From: Lama guanicoe
Taxonomy: Eukaryota
Direction of reading: 5' to 3'
Assembly: GCA_013239625.1 (NCBI GenBank)
Contig: MU053136.1
Location: 142,017-206,016, forward strand
Length of the DNA stretch: 64,000 nt
Shown: piece by piece, positions 23,865-35,236 of the stretch
Layout: the number at the start of each line of letters is the position of its first letter
Numbering within the stretch: the first letter of the stretch is position 1
Translations under genes and position numbers: made by a program
The notes under the pieces: model-generated
Told to the model about the DNA's origin: nothing
Databases searched by the model: none
Seen by the model: the letters and a program-made list of their open reading frames with translations, nothing else

Positions 23865-24615
23865 AGAAAGATAATTCTTGTGTTGTGTGGTTCTCTGCAG
23901 GGGTGTGTGCTTGTGAATACACATTAGAATCACCTGAGGAACTTATCCCCCCATCCATCTGCCTGCCTGACCTCAGTTAAGGACCACTAGATCAGGAACA
24001 CTTAAGAGGCTGCTGGCAGTGATGGAGATGAGAGAGGAAGGTACCAAACAAAGGAAGGAAGAGTTGTACGAGAAATCCAGAAGTAGAATCAATGGGCTTT
24101 GTTATTTACTCTGAGAAAACTAGATTATGTTCCTCCATATCATTTCTCTGTTTGTAATCGCAGGCTCACTTCTGTGACTCTTTTCACATCTGTCTCCCTC
24201 TCCAGACTGCAGGCCATGAGGGTAGGGCTGCATGCCTGCCCACCACTGTATCCCCAGGCCAGAGCCCAATAACTACATCAGCACCACCCCACTGAAGAGT
24301 CATTAAATGAAGAAAGGAGGACAAAGTGAAGGAGAAGGAAGAGTCAATAATGACACCCAGGTTTCCAGCTTAGGTGACAGAAAGGAGAAACATGGAAAAA
24401 GGTGTGACTCTGGGTTCGGACGGGAGGATTTGAGAAATATTGACCTGAAGTGCCTCTGAAAATCCAGGCAGTGATGGGAAGTTGGAAATATGAGTATTAA
24501 ACTTAGGATTTAGAATCTGGGAGAGACACTCTTGACTATAAAAGCAACCCTGCCCTCTTCCCTTAGAATCTGAGTTACCACCGGGGAGTGTCAACTTCCC
24601 TCTCCCAAGACTCAC

Positions 24616-24714
24616 CCTAACTTCGGCCTCCCGGGGCCTTCCATTGAGGTCGCACTTGGACCCATTGCCATAGGTCTGGCTGTGGTAGCGTTTCAGGCGA
24701 TGCTGCTTGGAGGC
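24616..24714 (-). CDS. OS9: OS9 exon 5 (ASKQHRLKRYHSQTYGNGSKCDLNGRPREAEVR)
   Basis: TAG acceptor, GTGAG donor, 99 nt; contains the N177 NGS sequon and R188 by cumulative count. Confidence 0.96.
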
Positions 24715-24899
24715 CTAGGGAGGACATCAGGCAGGAGGGAGGGGCATGAGAAAGACAGCAAGGAGGACAGAGAGCACTTTGTTCTAACGGCCGCCAAGCC
24801 CCAAGAAGCACGTGAGCTACTCCTGACCCTCCCCTTCTGGTCAGGGCTTTCAGTCTGCAGCCTGGACCCCTTTCTCTACCAATCCCACACTTCTGCCAC

Positions 24900-24976
24900 C
24901 TTGGCTGTTTCATCGTCCCAGTCGAAGGCCGATTGGTAGTAGCCAAGATAGAGGACTTCACCTTTGATCTCTGAAT
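24900..24976 (-). CDS. OS9: OS9 exon 4 (DSEIKGEVLYLGYYQSAFDWDDETAK)
   Basis: CAG/GT boundaries, 77 nt, phase 1-0 continuing exon 3. Confidence 0.96.
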
Positions 24977-25111
24977 CTGCAAGAGAAAGTACAGCGAAGC
25001 ATCGTTACCCTGTTTTCAGAGGGCCAGGAGGGAAGGGGACTTGGGGCAGGGGGCAGGTCACCTTCCATGACAGGTTGCTGAGGGCATAGGGAAAATGTAG
25101 ATGGGAGTCAC

Positions 25112-25175
25112 CTTCCATGTGGTACTGCTGGATGTGGCGTCCGTAACAGAATTCATATGTCCACCAGTCCTTGGT
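25112..25175 (-). CDS. OS9: OS9 exon 3 (TKDWWTYEFCYGRHIQQYHME), MRH domain WW motif
   Basis: CAG/GT boundaries, 64 nt; cumulative numbering gives W117-W118, the known mannose-binding WW motif. Confidence 0.97.
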
Positions 25176-26031
25176 CTGACAATTAGAAAATGAACAATCG
25201 GGGGGGTGCAGTGCAGATGTCTCTTCTTGGAACCAGAAATCCCCGCTGGCTCCAAGACCCACAACCTCTCATCTGCTTCTCATCAGCCTCGGCTTCCACA
25301 CTCAATCCTCCAGACTCTCTGTGAGGAGGGAGGGCTGTTTGCCTTCTGTGACTTGAGGAGACACCTCTACAACCTAACTGATTTCCATCTGTGGGTTTTC
25401 CACTCCTCTTTTTTCAAAGACTTTTAAATAAATCCTTCTTTGTTGTCCATAGAGATACAAAATCATGATATCCCTGAAACATTCAGACCAGGGAAACATA
25501 GAATATTGAAAATATTAATTGGAATTCCTTGGACTGTTCTAGCCACTGGGGATACAGCTATGAACAAGGTAAATTCTCTGACCTCACGGATTGCCATTCT
25601 AGTGCTAGGAGTCAAACCAAAAATAAATAAACTGATGACTCAGTTAATAAGATGATTTCAGATCACGAAAAGCGCCATGATGAAAACAAAATAGTATACC
25701 GTGCAGCGTGTGAGAGGGGAGTGGGTGACGACCAGAAAGGCTTCTCTAGGGGAGGGTCCCTCCTGACCCACACTGACCCTCTTTAGGCACCTCAATCTTA
25801 GCTTAACCTTCGTTCTGAGATTTCTTATCATAACCTTCCTCTACATTCAGCAAAGTGTCATCAGCGGTTACAAGATTCTTTGCTTCTTTCCTGTCTGTAC
25901 AATATGCCTACTCCAACAGCCTTCTTAACTCCCACAGGTCCTCCCAACCACTCCTCACTCACAGGCACTCTGATTCCCAGATAGAAAGGTGGTTCCCAAA
26001 CCCTCATTCCCTCCAGCCCATTCCCTTTCAC

Positions 26032-26208
26032 CTTCAGCAAGCAGGGGGCATCTTTCATTGGGCTCAACAATTCAGGGATCCCAGGCCCTTGATAAGCAGG
26101 TGCCTCCTCCTCCCTTTCACGCTGGAAGTGAATAGCTCCAGCTGGCAGGCGACATTCATAGCGCTGTTTGTACTTAGAGGAGACAATCACCACGTCCGAA
26201 GCTTGGCT
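26032..26208 (-). CDS. OS9: OS9 exon 2 (SQASDVVIVSSKYKQRYECRLP...APCLLK)
   Basis: CAG acceptor, GT donor at 26031, 177 nt, phase 0-0; translation matches OS-9. Confidence 0.97.
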
Positions 26209-26630
26209 CTGGGAAAGAAGTGGGGGTCGGGGGGCAGGGAGGCAAAGAGAAGCTGGGACCAGGGAGAACAACGAGATCCCTCTTCACATTCTGGGGAAGA
26301 GCCCAGTCAAGACAGAGTGAGCCAGAAGTCCTCCAGCTGTGTTCGGTGGGTGAGGGGAGAGGGCACTTCTGCTTCTCCACGGAGGAGGAGTCTGGGTGTT
26401 TCGATCAGGAACTGGAACCCGAAGCTGACAGCGGGAAACCCCACCCCTCCCAGTCCCTGGCCCCAAGGGAATGGGTCTCAGTCTGCGATCCTGAGGAGTC
26501 CTCATAACACCCCTGCTTACTCTTTCCGATTCCCCTTAGGCTCCCGCCAGACTCCACAGCTGCTCTTCTTCCTCTGCCTTCCCCCCCTTCCCCTTCGGCC
26601 CCGGACCCTTGCCCCTCTACGCCTCCTCAC

Positions 26631-26792
26631 CTGCCCTCCCATGACAGGCAACGGCAGGATCTCGATCCCATAACGCATCTCACTCAGCTCCTCTAGGTTC
26701 AGGCTGCCGACACCGCCGGTCAGACTCGCGGGTAGCAGGAGCCCCAGGAGCAGCAGCCCCAGCAGACTGGACAGCAGCGTTTCCGCCGCCAT
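26631..26792 (-). CDS. OS9: OS9 coding exon 1 (start codon, signal peptide; MAAETLLSSLLGLLLLGLLLPASLTGG...PVMGGQ, 54 codons)
   Basis: ATG at 26792 in AAGATGG context; hydrophobic signal peptide matching the OS-9 N-terminus; GTGAG donor at 26630. Confidence 0.97.
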
Positions 26793-27220
26793 CTTTCGTT
26801 CCCCTTCTAACCAGAACAACTTCTTCCGCCCTAAACCTGGCGGCGGCCTCACCCCGCCCATTAACGCCCCAAGGTCTCATTGGCTAAATGTCTGTCTCTT
26901 TCACGTACCCTATTCCCATTTGCCAACGTGGCTCCGAAGCCCACGAGGAGGTAGATCACAACGATTAGCAAAACCACTCGCTGCTCGTGATTGGCCAGAG
27001 GGGCCGACCAATCAGCAGCGAGGTTGGACCCCCTCCCACCCTCTCCCAGTTCCAGAGAGGCGCGGTCTAGGCGCTGGGCCTCGTTATGCAGTTCCCTTCG
27101 GTCTTCGGCCGGCAGTTGTGCGCATCTCTTCTAATTACTTTTTAAGTCATTTCTTGTATTATATCCGGCCGCCGCCAGGAGGAGGGTTGAGGCCAATGGG
27201 TGCGTGCACGCAGTACTCCT
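26793..27220 (-). promoter_or_regulatory. OS9 CpG-rich promoter/5'UTR: GC box (26852-26859), CCAAT boxes (26879-83 and 26990-94 on minus, 27008-12 and 27193-97 on plus), CCACG cores, YY1-type motif overlapping the ATG
   Basis: Local CpG enrichment directly upstream of the start codon; motifs read directly from the sequence; no obvious TATA box. Confidence 0.8.
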
Positions 27221-28091
27221 AAGAGCTACTTAATATTTGTTGCAAAACAAACAATTATTATATAATAGCATTCCTCTTTTCATATGTACATACAACTTTA
27301 AGGCAGTCTGGTAATTTGTGTCATAACCTTTCTACACGATCCTGCAGTTATCTTACAATAAAATTATCCTCAAGAAATAATGGGAGCTTCCAGTGAAAGA
27401 CTGGGGGCTTGGCTGGCAAGAGAGAGTGGTGAATGCCCCTATTATCCACCAGGCCACGTAAGAACAAAGGGAAAGGGAAAGGAGACAACAGCGGCAACGT
27501 TGTAGGAGCTATTAAGCCCTTGGCCTATGCGCCCCAGCCTCACACAATATTTCCAATCAGCTTTTTACGGTCCTCACTCTAAAATATAAGCAGATAGACA
27601 AAAATCATTAGACATTTAAGGAAAGTCTTTAGTATACAAGGAAGAAACCAAAGCAAGCAAAAAGAACAAAAGCAAAAGCAATTTAGAGGAAACTAATTGC
27701 AAGGGAGAAACAACAGCTTAAAAATAAAATCAAAAAGCCATCCTTAATATCCTCAAAGAGAAAATATATTGTGTGCATAAAATAGCAACAGGAAACTATT
27801 TAAAAAGTAACTATTATTCAGAAAAGAAAAAAAGAGCTCTTGGAAATCAAAACCATGATAGCAGAAATAAAAATTCAATAGAAAGACTGGAGGATAAAGT
27901 TGAAAATCAGATTTGCCCTTCTTTAGGAGAAAATTAATAAAAAGCAAAGGGTCAGTCCAGAAGGTTGAACATCTGAATAACGAGAGTTCCAGGAAAGAAC
28001 AGAGACTCAGAAGGGAAGAAATATTATGGAAATTAGTTTGAAGTATTACTTTGAAATGAAGAACTGAATCTCCAAATTGAAAGGGTCCTCT

Positions 28092-28210
28092 GGGAGGAGG
28101 GTATAGCTCAGTGGTGTAGTGTGTGTTTAGCATGCATGAGGTCATGGGTTCAATCCCCAGTACCTCCAAGAAAAAGTAAGTAAATAAATAAACCTAATTA
28201 CTACCCCCCC
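28092..28210 (+). mobile_element. tRNA-derived SINE
   Basis: GGAGGGTATAGCTCAGTGG ... GGTTCAATCCCCAGTACCTCC. Confidence 0.85.
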
Positions 28211-28461
28211 CATAAGGCATATTCATAGAAAGAAAGAAAGGGCACACCGATAGCAAAACAAATCAGGCCCACAAGACCCATGATTATAGAATTTCAGAGC
28301 ACTGCTCTGAATAGATGAACAATGAAAATAGATGAACAATTCTAAAAGCTTCCAGAGAAAAAGAACCAGTTGCAGTCACGGATCAAAAATCAGAACAGCA
28401 TTAGGCTTATCAATCCATCAACACCGTAAGGTAGACAATAAAGAAATTGCTTCAAAATTTT

Positions 28462-29443
28462 TTTCATACATATTCCTTTTCATATTCTTTTTCATTATAG
28501 GCTATTACAAGGTATTGAATATAGTTCACTATGCTATACAGAAGGACCTTGTTGTTTATTTTATATATAGAAGTTAGTATCTACAAATCCTGAACTCCCA
28601 ATTTATCCCTCCACCCCCTCCCTCCATTCCCCGCTGGTAACCATGAGTTTGTTTTCTATGTCTATGAGTCTATTTCTGGTTTGTACATAAGTTCATTTGT
28701 GTCATTATTTTAGATTCCACATATAAGTGATGTCATATGGTATTTGTCTTTCTCTTTCTGGCTTACTTCACTTAGTATGACAATTTCCAGTTCCATCCAT
28801 GTTGCTGCAAATGGCATTATTTTATTCTTTTTTTTTTATGACTGAAGAGTGTTCCATTGTGTATATATACCACAACTTCTTTATCCAGTCATCTGTCAGT
28901 GGACATTTAGGCTGTTTCCATGTCTTGGCTATTGTATATAGTGCTGCTATGAACATTGGGGGGCAAGGATTTTTTCAAATTAGAGTTTCCTCCGGACATA
29001 TGCCCAGGAGGGGAATTGCTGGATCATATGGTAAGTCTGTTTTTAGTTTTTTAAGGAATCTCCATACTGTTTTCCATAATGGCTGCACCAAATTACATTC
29101 CCACCAACAGTGTAGGAGGGGTCCCTTTTCTCCACACCCTCTCCAGCTTTTATCATTTGTGGACATTTTAATGAAGGCTATTCTGATCCAGGTGAGGTGA
29201 TACATCATTGTAGTTTTGATTTGCATTTCTCTGATAATTTGTGATATTGAGCAGTTTTTCATGTGCCTATTGACCATTTGTATTTCTTCATTGGAGAAAT
29301 GTTTGTTTAGGTCTTCTGCCCACTTTTTGATTAGGTTTTTTGGTTTTTTTGTTCTTGAGTTGTATGAGCTGCTTGTATGTTCTGGAAATCAAGCCCTTGT
29401 CAGTAGCATCATTTGCAAATATTTTCTCTTATTCCATAGGTTG
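28462..29443 (-). mobile_element. 5'-truncated LINE-1 with 13-bp TSD
   Basis: GCTTCAAAATTTT at 28449-28461 and 29444-29456; ORF2 C-terminal peptide ([23 protein letters not shown]) on the minus strand. Confidence 0.9.
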
Positions 29444-30095
29444 GCTTCAAAATTTTGAAGAAAATTATTTCCAACCTAGAATTCTACACACAGCCAAACT
29501 ATGACTTAATTATTAGTCCAGAATAAAGATAATTTCAGATATGAAAGTTCTCAAAATATGGATATTCCATGCATTGTTTTTCAGAAAGATAGGAGAGGAT
29601 TTGTTATACCAAGACAAATAAGTTAGTCAAAAGAGAGAAAGGTATGAAATGCAAAAAATAGGTATCCAGCACAAAAGAGAAACAAAAGGAATCCCCAGGG
29701 CAATGCTGAAGGGAGGTCCCAAGTTGTAGGGCAGGACTAAAGATCAATTCATCAAGACGAGAGCAGTTCAGAAGGGCTTGGGAGTGATTTCTTTAGGAAA
29801 TAAAATTGATAGAATACCTAATGCATCTGAATGTATTGAGAACAGATTTGATTAACCAGAGGAGAGCTTGGGGATATACTAGTTATAAGTATGTAGAGAG
29901 TTAAGGGGGGAAAAGACATTAATTCCAATGAAAATAAAAAGTTGTGCTGAAAAAGCTAAACAGACTTCTGTTTTCTTCAGCATGGCTGGTTATCCTCACA
30001 CTAAAAACAAATTAAAATGCTGGGTGAAATAGAATTATCTTCCTTCTTAAAATCATGGTAAAGCTAACAAGACAGTAAAGAATTAATAGGCCAAA

Positions 30096-30730
30096 TCATT
30101 CAAAAGGCCACGAGCGATAAATGCTGGAGAGGGCGTTGAGAAAAGGGGACCCTCCTACACTGCTGGTGGGAATGCAATTTGGTTATGGAAACCAGTATGG
30201 AGATTCCTCAAAAAACTAAAAACAGACTTACCATATGATCCAGCAATTCCACTTCTGGGTATATATCTGGAGGGAACTTTAATTCAAAAAGATACACGAA
30301 CCCCAATGTTCATAGCAGCACTATTTACAATAGCCAAAACACGGAAGGAACCTAAATGTCCATGGACAGATGATTGTATAAAAAAGTTGTGGTATATTTA
30401 TACAATAGAATACTACTCAGACATTAAAAAAAGGATAAAATAATGCCATTTGCAGCAACATGGATGGACATACAGATGGTCATTCTAAGTGAAGTAAGCC
30501 AGAAAGAGAAAGACAAATACCATATGATATCACTCATATGTGGAATCTAAAAAAAAAAAAAGGAAAAAAAGAAAAAAAGAAAAAAAGAAACTATGTTCAA
30601 TATCTTGTAATAACCTTTAATGAAAAAGAATACGAAAACAAGTATATGTATGTATATGCATGACTGGGACATTGTGCTGCACACCAGAAATAGACACATT
30701 GACTGTACTTCAATAAAAAGTTTTTTTAAA
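30096..30730 (+). mobile_element. LINE-1 3' fragment
   Basis: ORF2 C-terminus and 3'UTR sequence (gataaatgctggagaggg ... tatacttcaataaa-like end). Confidence 0.85.
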
Positions 30731-30867
30731 GAAATGATAGACCAATATCTAAATGAAGTCAGAAACCTAGAGAGGTATTCAAAACCTTGTAGTCACTTCT
30801 GCTTGGAGGGCACTTACAAAACTTACAGAACTGAGCCTCAGGTTTTTAAAAAATGTACTTTTGATCT

Positions 30868-31905
30868 CTTTTTTTAAATTGAAGTATAGTTGATGCACAA
30901 TATTATATAAGTTACAGGTGTAAAATATAGTGATTCACAATTTTTAAACGTTATACTCCACTCATAGTTATTATAAAATGTGCGCTATATTCCCCAAGTT
31001 GTATAATACATCCTTGTAGCCTATTTTATACCTAACAGTTTGTACCTCTTAACTCCCTACCCGTATATCGTCCCTCCCCACTTCCCTCCCCTCACTGGTA
31101 ACCACTAGTTTGTTCTCTGTATCTGTGAGTCTGCTTCTTTTTTGCTATATTCACTAGCTTGTTGTAATTTTTGGATTCCATGTGTAAGTGATCTCATACA
31201 GTATTTGTCTTTTTCTGTCTGACTTATTTCGCTTAGCATAATACCCTTCAAGTCTATCCGTGTTGCTGCAAATGGCAGAATTTCATTCTATTTTATGGCT
31301 GAGTAGCAGTCCATGGTGTGTGTATATGATATATATATAAACTAGTAGTGTTTAGTAGTGTATATATACTAGCCCATTGTGTGTGTGTGTGTATATATAA
31401 ACACTACTATATATATACACTACTAAAGAAGTTACACATATACATACACACACCACATCTTCTTTATCCAGTCATCTGGGGTTTTTTTGTTTTATTTAAT
31501 TTTTTAAAAAATGTCTTATACATATATTCATTTATTTATTTATATTGGTGGGCGGAGGTACTTATTTATCATTTATTTATTTATAGAGGAGGTACTGGGG
31601 ATTGAACCCAGTACCTTTTGTATGCTAAGCGTGTGCTCTACCACCTGAGCTATACCCTCCCCGGTCATCTGTTGATGGACACCTAGGTTGTTTGCATATC
31701 TTGGCAATTGTAAATAATGTTGCTATGAACATTGGGGTGCATGCATCTTTTCGAATTATTGTTTTTGGGGGGTTTTTTTGGATATATACCTAGAAGCAGG
31801 ATTGCAGGATCATAATTGTAGTTCTGTTTTTAGTTTCTTGGGAAACCTCCACAGTTTTCCACAGTAGCTATACCAATTTACATTCCCACCAACAGTGTAC
31901 AGATC
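30868..31905 (-). mobile_element. LINE-1 3' fragment containing a minus-strand SINE (~31490-31662)
   Basis: L1 3' end in reverse (tttaaattgaagtatagttg); SINE flanked by GTCATCTG repeats. Confidence 0.85.
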
Positions 31906-32668
31906 TGAGCTTTGTTGATGTGTTTTTGTTTTTGTTACTTTTTCTCGAGAAAGGGACAGAAGGTCCACTGGAGGTGGAGAGTCTGAGAGAAGATCGTCCC
32001 AGCAGCGAGCCTGCCTCCGGCTCCCCAGCTCCCCAGCTCCAGGAAACTGCGAGGAAGGTTGCCCCAGTGCCAAACAGAGGAAGAGAATTTGTGATCACAA
32101 GGAGGCCCTTAAAGAATCTTGCAGACCAATTTCACAAACTTTAAATTGTTAAAAAATAATTCAAGCTGTAAATTTAGATTTAAGTGGTCCTGAGGGAGAG
32201 TGACTAATGCCCCAGGCATTTGGCAGAAGCAAATGCAGATCTACTCCGGAAAGCTGTCCCCTTCATCCCAGCACCAAAGAGCTCCTACAAGACATTCTCC
32301 AAGGAAAGTTTGTTAACTCGTAATGAAAAATAACTAAACACAAAGGAGATAAGACACCATGAATGAGAACCAGAAGAAACAATAGCAGAAACTGAGCCAA
32401 GAAGACTTCAGATAGTGTCATTACCTGATATAGATTATAAAATAATTATGCTTACTATACTTAAAGAATAAAAGTTTAATAAAAGAATAAAGTTTTAAAT
32501 TAAAAACTGAATAAAGAAACTAGTTTAAGAAGTAATTTTCTTCACAGAAGAGTTTGAGCTAATAAGAGCAGAAGAAATAATAAGATGAATACTCTCATCA
32601 TTTTACAATCCCAGTGAAATAATTGATCTAGGCAACAGTCATCAATGACTATCAGAAATAGTAGGTAA

Positions 32669-32756
32669 GGGGGAGGGTATAGCTCAAATGGTAGAGTGCA
32701 TGCTTAGCATGCACAAGGTCCTGGGTTCAACCCCCAGTACCTCCATTAAAAATAAA

Positions 32757-32794
<38 letters not shown>

Positions 32795-32840
32795 GACCTA
32801 ATGATCTTAGTTCCAAAAATTAAAAGAAAAATTAAAAAAC
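32669..32840 (+). mobile_element. tRNA-derived SINE with (TAA)n tail
   Basis: Same SINE head and boxes as other copies. Confidence 0.85.
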
Positions 32841-35236
32841 TTATAAAAAGAAACATTAAGAGGCTTATAGGTAAATCAAGCTGAAACCATGTGCACACAC
32901 TGATGAAACTTAATATCATGAAAAGAGGAACAACCAGACATCGTGTGCTTCTTGACAGGATACAATAGGAAGTACAGAGTTTTATCTACAAAGGATTTTT
33001 GCCAAAAAAAATACTCTAAAAACAAACAAACAAAAGAACAATACTCTAAATATAACTACCAGTTTACAGGAAATATGAGAAACGGGACCATGTGTTAAAC
33101 ACCACTATCGGAATATAATCAAAAATAAAATAAGATAAAAAAAAAAGAATAAAACAGGATCAATGCTCCAGTTTCTTCAACAAATACATTGCAAGAAAAA
33201 AAGGGGGAGACAACTGTTATACGTTACAAGAGATTTAAGAAACCTATCAGTAAATTGCAATGCACAGCTCTTGTTTACATCCTGAATCAAACTATCTATA
33301 AAAAGACTTTTATGAGTCAATTAGGGAGATTTGCACACTGACTGGATATTATATGATATTAAGATATTGTTAATTTTGCTGGATGTAATAATGGTATTAT
33401 GGTTATGTTAAAAAATTCGTCCTATCTCTCAGAGATACATACTTGTATATTTACCAATAAAGCAGTATAATGACTGGCATTTGTATTAAAATAATTCTGT
33501 GGGAGGCTGGGAGAAGTGGTGGGAGTACAGATGAAACAAAATTGACCATATTTTTAGTTGAAGCAGCATGATAAGTACATGGAAATTCATTATACTTTAC
33601 TTTTGATAATATTTTAAATTTTCCATTTAAATTCTCTCTTAAAAAACTCAAAGAGAGGTTTTAAATTTAGCTGAAAATAGGATTACTGAACTAGCAAATA
33701 CTTTGGAAGAAATTACCCAAAATGAAACACAGAGCAACAAAGAGAGAAATATGAAAGAGAAAAGAAGGCATATAGAGAGTAAAGTGAGAAATCTGATTAG
33801 AGTTCTGAAAGGAGAAGGAAAGGATGAAACAAAGATAATGGTTGAGCATATCTTAGAACTAATGAGAATTACAAAATCCACAGATTCAAAATGTCCCCCA
33901 GATTTAAAGCAGAATACATGAAAAGAAGTCTACACTTAGACTTATCACAATGAAACTGAGTCACATTAAAGAAAAACAGCAGATCTTAAAAGCATCCAGA
34001 GTTTGGACTGGATAGGTGGAGGCATTTGTCAAAATTCATTGACCTACAACATATAAGGCTTATGAATTTAACTGCATGTATATTTTACTGCAATAAAAAT
34101 AAAGTTAAAACAGTCAGCGAAACAGATCACCTTCAAAGGAGCAGCAGTTAGACGGAGAACTGACTTCTCAAATGACAGCAATGGAAGCCAGAAGACAACA
34201 GATGATCTCTCCACTGAGATTAAAGAAAATAACTTCCATCGGGAATTTTATGGCTAGTGAAAATCTCTTTCAATGATGAGGGCAAAATACAGATATTTCC
34301 AGACCAAACAAAAACAAAACCCCCCGGGGAGAGTTTGCAACCAACAGACTCTCACTAAGGAAAATTCTAAAAGATATACTTCAGAGGAAAGGCAGGAATA
34401 CTAGATGGAAGGTCGGAGATACAAGAAGGAATGAAGTGGAAAAATAGGTAAAAATCCTACATGATCACTGACAGTAAAGAAAAAAAACAATAATGCTAAT
34501 ATCTTCTAGAGTTTAACTATTAAGATGGAATTAAAACATACCAAAGCAGTAACATACATTGGGATTTTGATGAATAAAGTTAAGTGGTTCAAAGTTTCTT
34601 GTATTGTGTGCAAGTAGAGTGTGCTGATTATCAAACTGTGTCTTTCAGCCTCAAATCCACCCTTCTATATAACTACTATGATGCTGGAGCTGGTATTCTG
34701 AAAATCACATTTCATTTTTTCCCTTTACACGGACTTTATTTTTTACAGCAGTTTTAGGTTCACAGAAAAATTGAGAATAAAGTACAGAGGGTTCCCATAT
34801 AACCCCTCACACATGCAGAGCCTCCCCTTTATCAACTTCCCACCCCAGAGTGATACATTCCTTATAATCAATGAACCTATGTTGACACGTCATTACCCAA
34901 AGTCCACAATTTACAGTCTCTGTGTTGTACCTTCTATGAGAGTTTTTTCCCCTTTCCTTCACCCATGTTTGCTGTGCACTGACCTCACGAAGAAGCTCCC
35001 ACTTGGAGGGCCAGCAAAGACACAGCTGCAGTCCATCCCAAGTGTGGACCCGTGGCTTTCGCAATGGCGCTAGAACCTCACTGGGGACCTCCTTGTGGTC
35101 CATGGGGAGCTTGAGTTTCACCACCTCATACTTCTCACCCTCACCTCCTCACCCTTCACCAGCAGCACCATCTCCTCTGGCACTTCTTCTTCCTCCCTGT
35201 CTCCTCCCTCCTAACCCTCCCCTCCTCCTCCCCTAT

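Noticed and set aside
25855..26673. 272-aa plus-strand ORF
   Set aside because: Antisense to OS9 exons 1-2 and GC-rich intron 1; non-ATG start and no recognisable domain.
27193..27211. Canonical ERSE
   Set aside because: Reads CCAAT-N8-GCACG; spacing and core both differ from CCAAT-N9-CCACG.
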